From: an uncultured Pelagibacteraceae bacterium
Lineage (GTDB): Bacteria > Pseudomonadota > Alphaproteobacteria > Pelagibacterales > Pelagibacteraceae
DNA: 44,624 nt
Assembly (NCBI GenBank): GCA_902586395.1
Contig: CACIHL010000001.1
Coordinates: forward strand, 1-44,624
Reading direction: 5' to 3'
The position numbers and the translations under genes are program-made. Shown one piece after another: positions 41,550 to 44,624 of this stretch. Positions within the stretch are counted from its first letter, which is position 1. The number at the start of each line of letters is the position of its first letter. The notes under the pieces are model-generated. The model was not told where the DNA came from, made no database searches, and saw only the letters and a program-made list of their open reading frames with translations.

Positions 41550-41577
41550 CTTATACTTAAAATTTATAAGTTGTAAA
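41550..41577 (-). promoter_or_regulatory. Putative sigma-70 promoter of the 5S rRNA
   Basis: Minus strand reads TTTACA, 16 bp, TATAAG, 6 nt, then the start of the 5S terminal helix. Confidence 0.5.
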
Positions 41578-41596
41578 TAATAATTTTAAGTTGAAT

Positions 41597-42528
41597 TTAT
41601 CTATTTTTAAGAAAATCTCTTAAAGTTTGATCAAAACCTTTGTCTAGGTTATTTGTTGGTTTCCAGCCGTATTCTTTTGCCAAACTGATGTCCAGACACT
41701 TCTTTGGCATACCATCTGATTTATTTCTATCATAAATAATTTTAAGTTTTATACCTAATTTTTTTCATTATATATTTAGCATACCACTCAATAGTAAAAT
41801 CTTTTCCTACTCCAATATTTATGAAAGGTTCTTTTATTCTTTTATTCATAAAGTATATCAAAGCATCTGCAAAATCATCCACGAACATTAATTCTCTCTT
41901 AGGTTTGCCGGTACCCCATACATTAAGTATCTTTTTTCTTTTTTGTTTCGCGTAATAGATTTTTTTTTAATAGAGCTGGAAAAAAATGTGAAGTTTTCAA
42001 ATCATAGTTATCACCAGGGCCAAATAAATTAGGTGGCATTAAAGATTGATAGTTTAATTTGTATTTAGTAGAATAATTATAACACATCATTATACCGGCT
42101 ATTTTAGCAATTGCATAAGCATCATTCGTTTCTTCTAACTTGCCACTTAGTAGGTAGCTTTCTTTCATTGGCTGTTTACAAAATTTTGGATAAATGCAAC
42201 TTGATCCAAGAAAAATCAGGTTTTTAACGTTTGCGAGAAATGATCCATGAATTAAATTATTCTGAATCTGTAAATTCTCATAAATAAACATTTGCTTAAA
42301 ATTAGAGTTGGCTAGAATTCCTCCAACTCTTGCAGCTGCAATTATAACTAAGTCAGGTTTTATTTTTCTAAGAAATTTAAAAACTTTATCTTGTTCCAGT
42401 AAGTTTAATTTTTTTTTGTCTACAAATATAATTTTTGAATAGCCTTTTTTTTTTAACTTTCTAATGATTGATGAACCAACCATACCTTTGTGTCCTGCAA
42501 CAAAAATTTTACTTTTTTTATTGATCAT
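41597..42528 (-). pseudogene. fcl: GDP-L-fucose synthase with two +1 homopolymer frameshifts (or two sequence errors)
   Basis: GHKGMVG, AARVGGI, LGSSCIYPK and YAIAK lie in frame 1. WGTGKPKRELMFVDD.ADA..NIG.G appears after removing one base from T9 (41960-41968). DGMPKKCLD..GWKP appears after removing one base from T7 (41759-41765). The repaired gene is 930 nt. Confidence 0.85.
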
Positions 42529-43567
42529 TATTTAAAATATTCATTTCTTCAGTTATCATTTCATCAATAAGGGTATGAATATTTATTTGGGGCTTCCATT
42601 TTAATTCTCTTCTTGCTTTTGATGCATTTCCTAGCAAAGTATTTACATCAAGCGGTCTTAAATAATTCTTATCTACAAATATAATATTTTTTTTGTTTAA
42701 CAAATCATAACCTTTTTCATTTAATCCTTTTCCTTTCCAGGAAATTTTCATGTTAAGTTTTTTTGTAACAAAATTAACAAACTGTCTTATGCTGTATTGT
42801 TTTCCAGTGGCAATTACATAGTCATCAGGCTTTTTTTGTTGAAGTATTTTCCACATCGCCTCTACATAATCTTTTGCATGTCCCCAGTCTCTTTTTGAGT
42901 CTAAGTTTCCTAAAATTAATTTTTTTTGAAAACCCATCTTAATTCTTACTAGAGCTCTTATAATTTTTTTTGTTACGAATGTTTCGCCTCTTCTGGGGCT
43001 TTCATGGTTAAATAATATGCCGTTGGAGCCAAATATATTGTATGCCTCTCTGTAGTTTTTTGTAATCCAGTGAGCATATAATTTTGCAACACCATAAGGA
43101 CTCAAGGGATAAAAATTTGTTTTTTCATTTTGTGGAGTATCTTGAACTTTTCCATACATTTCAGATGTTCCAGCCTGATAAAATTTAGTTTTATTTTCAA
43201 GCCTATGAAATTTAATAGCTTCGAGTATTCTTAAAGCTCCGAGTGCATCAGCATTAGCAGTATATTCGGGTACCTCAAAAGATACAGCTACATGAGATTG
43301 AGCTGCTAAATTATAAATTTCATGCGGCCTAATCATTTCAATAATTTTTGAAACTGAGGTTGAGTCAGTAATATCCCCATAATGAAGAAAAAAATTACGA
43401 GATTTTTCTCCTGGCTCCTGATAAATATGGTCAACTCGTGAAGTATTAATTGAAGAAGATCTTCTCTTTACTCCATGAACCACGTATTTCTTTTTTAATA
43501 AAAATTCTGCGAGATAAGAACCATCTTGACCAGTAATACCAAATATTAAGGCAATTTTTTTTTTCAT
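42518..43567 (-). CDS. gmd: GDP-mannose 4,6-dehydratase
   Basis: GITGQDGSYL, YNLAAQSHV, SPYGVAK, FNHESPRRGETFVT and RDWGHA motifs. Confidence 0.97.
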   Translation of the reverse strand: MKKKIALIFGITGQDGSYLAEFLLKKKYVVHGVKRRSSSINTSRVDHIYQEPGEKSRNFFLHYGDITDSTSVSKIIEMIRPHEIYNLAAQSHVAVSFEVPEYTANADALGALRILEAIKFHRLENKTKFYQAGTSEMYGKVQDTPQNEKTNFYPLSPYGVAKLYAHWITKNYREAYNIFGSNGILFNHESPRRGETFVTKKIIRALVRIKMGFQKKLILGNLDSKRDWGHAKDYVEAMWKILQQKKPDDYVIATGKQYSIRQFVNFVTKKLNMKISWKGKGLNEKGYDLLNKKNIIFVDKNYLRPLDVNTLLGNASKARRELKWKPQINIHTLIDEMITEEMNILNNDQ

Positions 43568-43639
43568 AGTTTTCCTATTATATACTTTTTAAACATTTGT
43601 TAAGAGTTATTTTGAAAATAAAATTTTTTTATATAAAGT

Positions 43640-44624
43640 TTAATTTCTAATCTTAATTATTATCATTTTTCCTTTGCTTTTTTTTATTACAAAGTCTTTA
43701 TTCTCCAAGCATTTATCTTTAATAAGATTGCAATCTTTATAGGTTTTCAAAAATTCTTTTAACCGATCGTCAATTCTGAAATGAGATTTATCTGTAAAAA
43801 AAAACATATTCTCCATGAAGTTTGCTTTATAAAATTTATTCTCGTAAACTATCCTATCAATATTTCTGCCTAGAAAAATTGAAAGAACTAATAAGCATAT
43901 AATAATTACTTTTAAACTAAAATTTTTTGGCAATTCATATTTCGACAGATAATAAGAAAGAGGAATAAAAAAAATTAGAGAAATAATGATATAACCTCCA
44001 TACCTTAGCGCAGGATGGTACAAAAACCACTCTATAAATAATAGTAAAACAAAATAAAAATATAATGAACTGTCCTGAATTTTTTCCTGATTCAATTTTA
44101 TTTTTTTTGATTTAAACGTTAATATTAAAATAGTAGATACAACTGTTAAACTTAATAAAAAGTCTGAAACTTTTGTAAAAAAATATTTTTCAGTCCAATC
44201 AGAAATCCAATTAAAATTTTGAATATATATCTGGGGATCAATGGGAGACCTATATCCAGGAGCACCACCTGCTTTTGCCCACCATTGATAATGAGTATTT
44301 AGAGCACTTACTTCTGTCCTCGGAATACTCCACTCCACAGTGCTAAAACATGTTTGTTGTATTGGATAAAGAAGACATCCAGTATTAAAAAAATAAATTA
44401 ACATTAAACAAACACCCATTAAAACAGAAAAATAAAATATTGGATTTTTTAATATTTGAAGTAGAAGGTAGGTTTTTTTATCTGAAACAAAGTAATAAAT
44501 AAAAGGAATTATAAAAATTAAATATAAAACGTAAAAAGATTTAAGAGAAATAATAATACTTATTAAAATTATCAATTTAGGTAAAATATTTTTAAAGTTC
44601 TTATAATTATCTCTTACAGTTAAA
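43640..44624 (-). CDS. Polytopic membrane protein (5' end beyond the window), possibly glycan polymerase/GT-C-like
   Basis: The frame stays open from 44575 to the window edge. Many TM segments with a loop GCLLYP..TCF...W and WF..HPALRYG; next to gmd-fcl. Confidence 0.7.
   Translation of the reverse strand, partial: LTVRDNYKNFKNILPKLIILISIIISLKSFYVLYLIFIIPFIYYFVSDKKTYLLLQILKNPIFYFSVLMGVCLMLIYFFNTGCLLYPIQQTCFSTVEWSIPRTEVSALNTHYQWWAKAGGAPGYRSPIDPQIYIQNFNWISDWTEKYFFTKVSDFLLSLTVVSTILILTFKSKKIKLNQEKIQDSSLYFYFVLLLFIEWFLYHPALRYGGYIIISLIFFIPLSYYLSKYELPKNFSLKVIIICLLVLSIFLGRNIDRIVYENKFYKANFMENMFFFTDKSHFRIDDRLKEFLKTYKDCNLIKDKCLENKDFVIKKSKGKMIIIKIRN

Larger units (their letters stand above)
41545..44624. 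other. Edge of a cell-surface glycosylation island (SAR11 HVR2-like, bounded by the 5S rRNA)
   Basis: Nucleotide-sugar genes lie immediately upstream of the 5S rRNA, where 23S rRNA would normally be. SAR11 is known to carry a hypervariable island between 23S and 5S. Confidence 0.8.

Overview
A very AT-rich, almost gap-free stretch of alphaproteobacterial core genome. Gene content, synteny and streamlining point to SAR11/Pelagibacterales (inference, no database search). Order from left to right: glyS (partial)-glyQ-sppA, ispB, pdxH, aroC, dxs-ispA-xseB-like, sua5-ABC exporter, tRNA-Arg(UCG), rluD-rpoH. Next is a long minus-strand run (zauP-like, zapA, ygfA, ymdB, yebC, RuvC/MOC1-like resolvase, tolQRAB, pal, cpoB, tilS, ftsH, folP, glmM, thiD, purA). 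A plus-strand run follows (tkt-gap-pgk-fba-thiE-efp-suhB-rpmE-DUF1013-rpsU-tRNA-fMet), then a minus-strand run (5S rRNA-rpmJ-cox subunit IV-pntAA-pntAB-pntB-tal). The last ~3 kb (fcl, gmd, a membrane protein) is the edge of a cell-surface glycosylation island next to a stand-alone 5S rRNA, matching the SAR11 HVR2 arrangement. I saw no mobile element, CRISPR array or defence system. Most notable: (1) a MOC1/phage-type Holliday-junction resolvase sits alone where ruvC-ruvA-ruvB-ybgC normally lie; (2) rpsU appears to start at a non-canonical AUU behind a perfect SD and is followed 3 bp later by initiator tRNA; (3) a lone 5S rRNA with its own candidate promoter runs straight into protein genes; (4) fcl carries two homopolymer +1 frameshifts; (5) a tRNA-Arg with the rare UCG anticodon; (6) no room for 6S RNA at its conserved locus.
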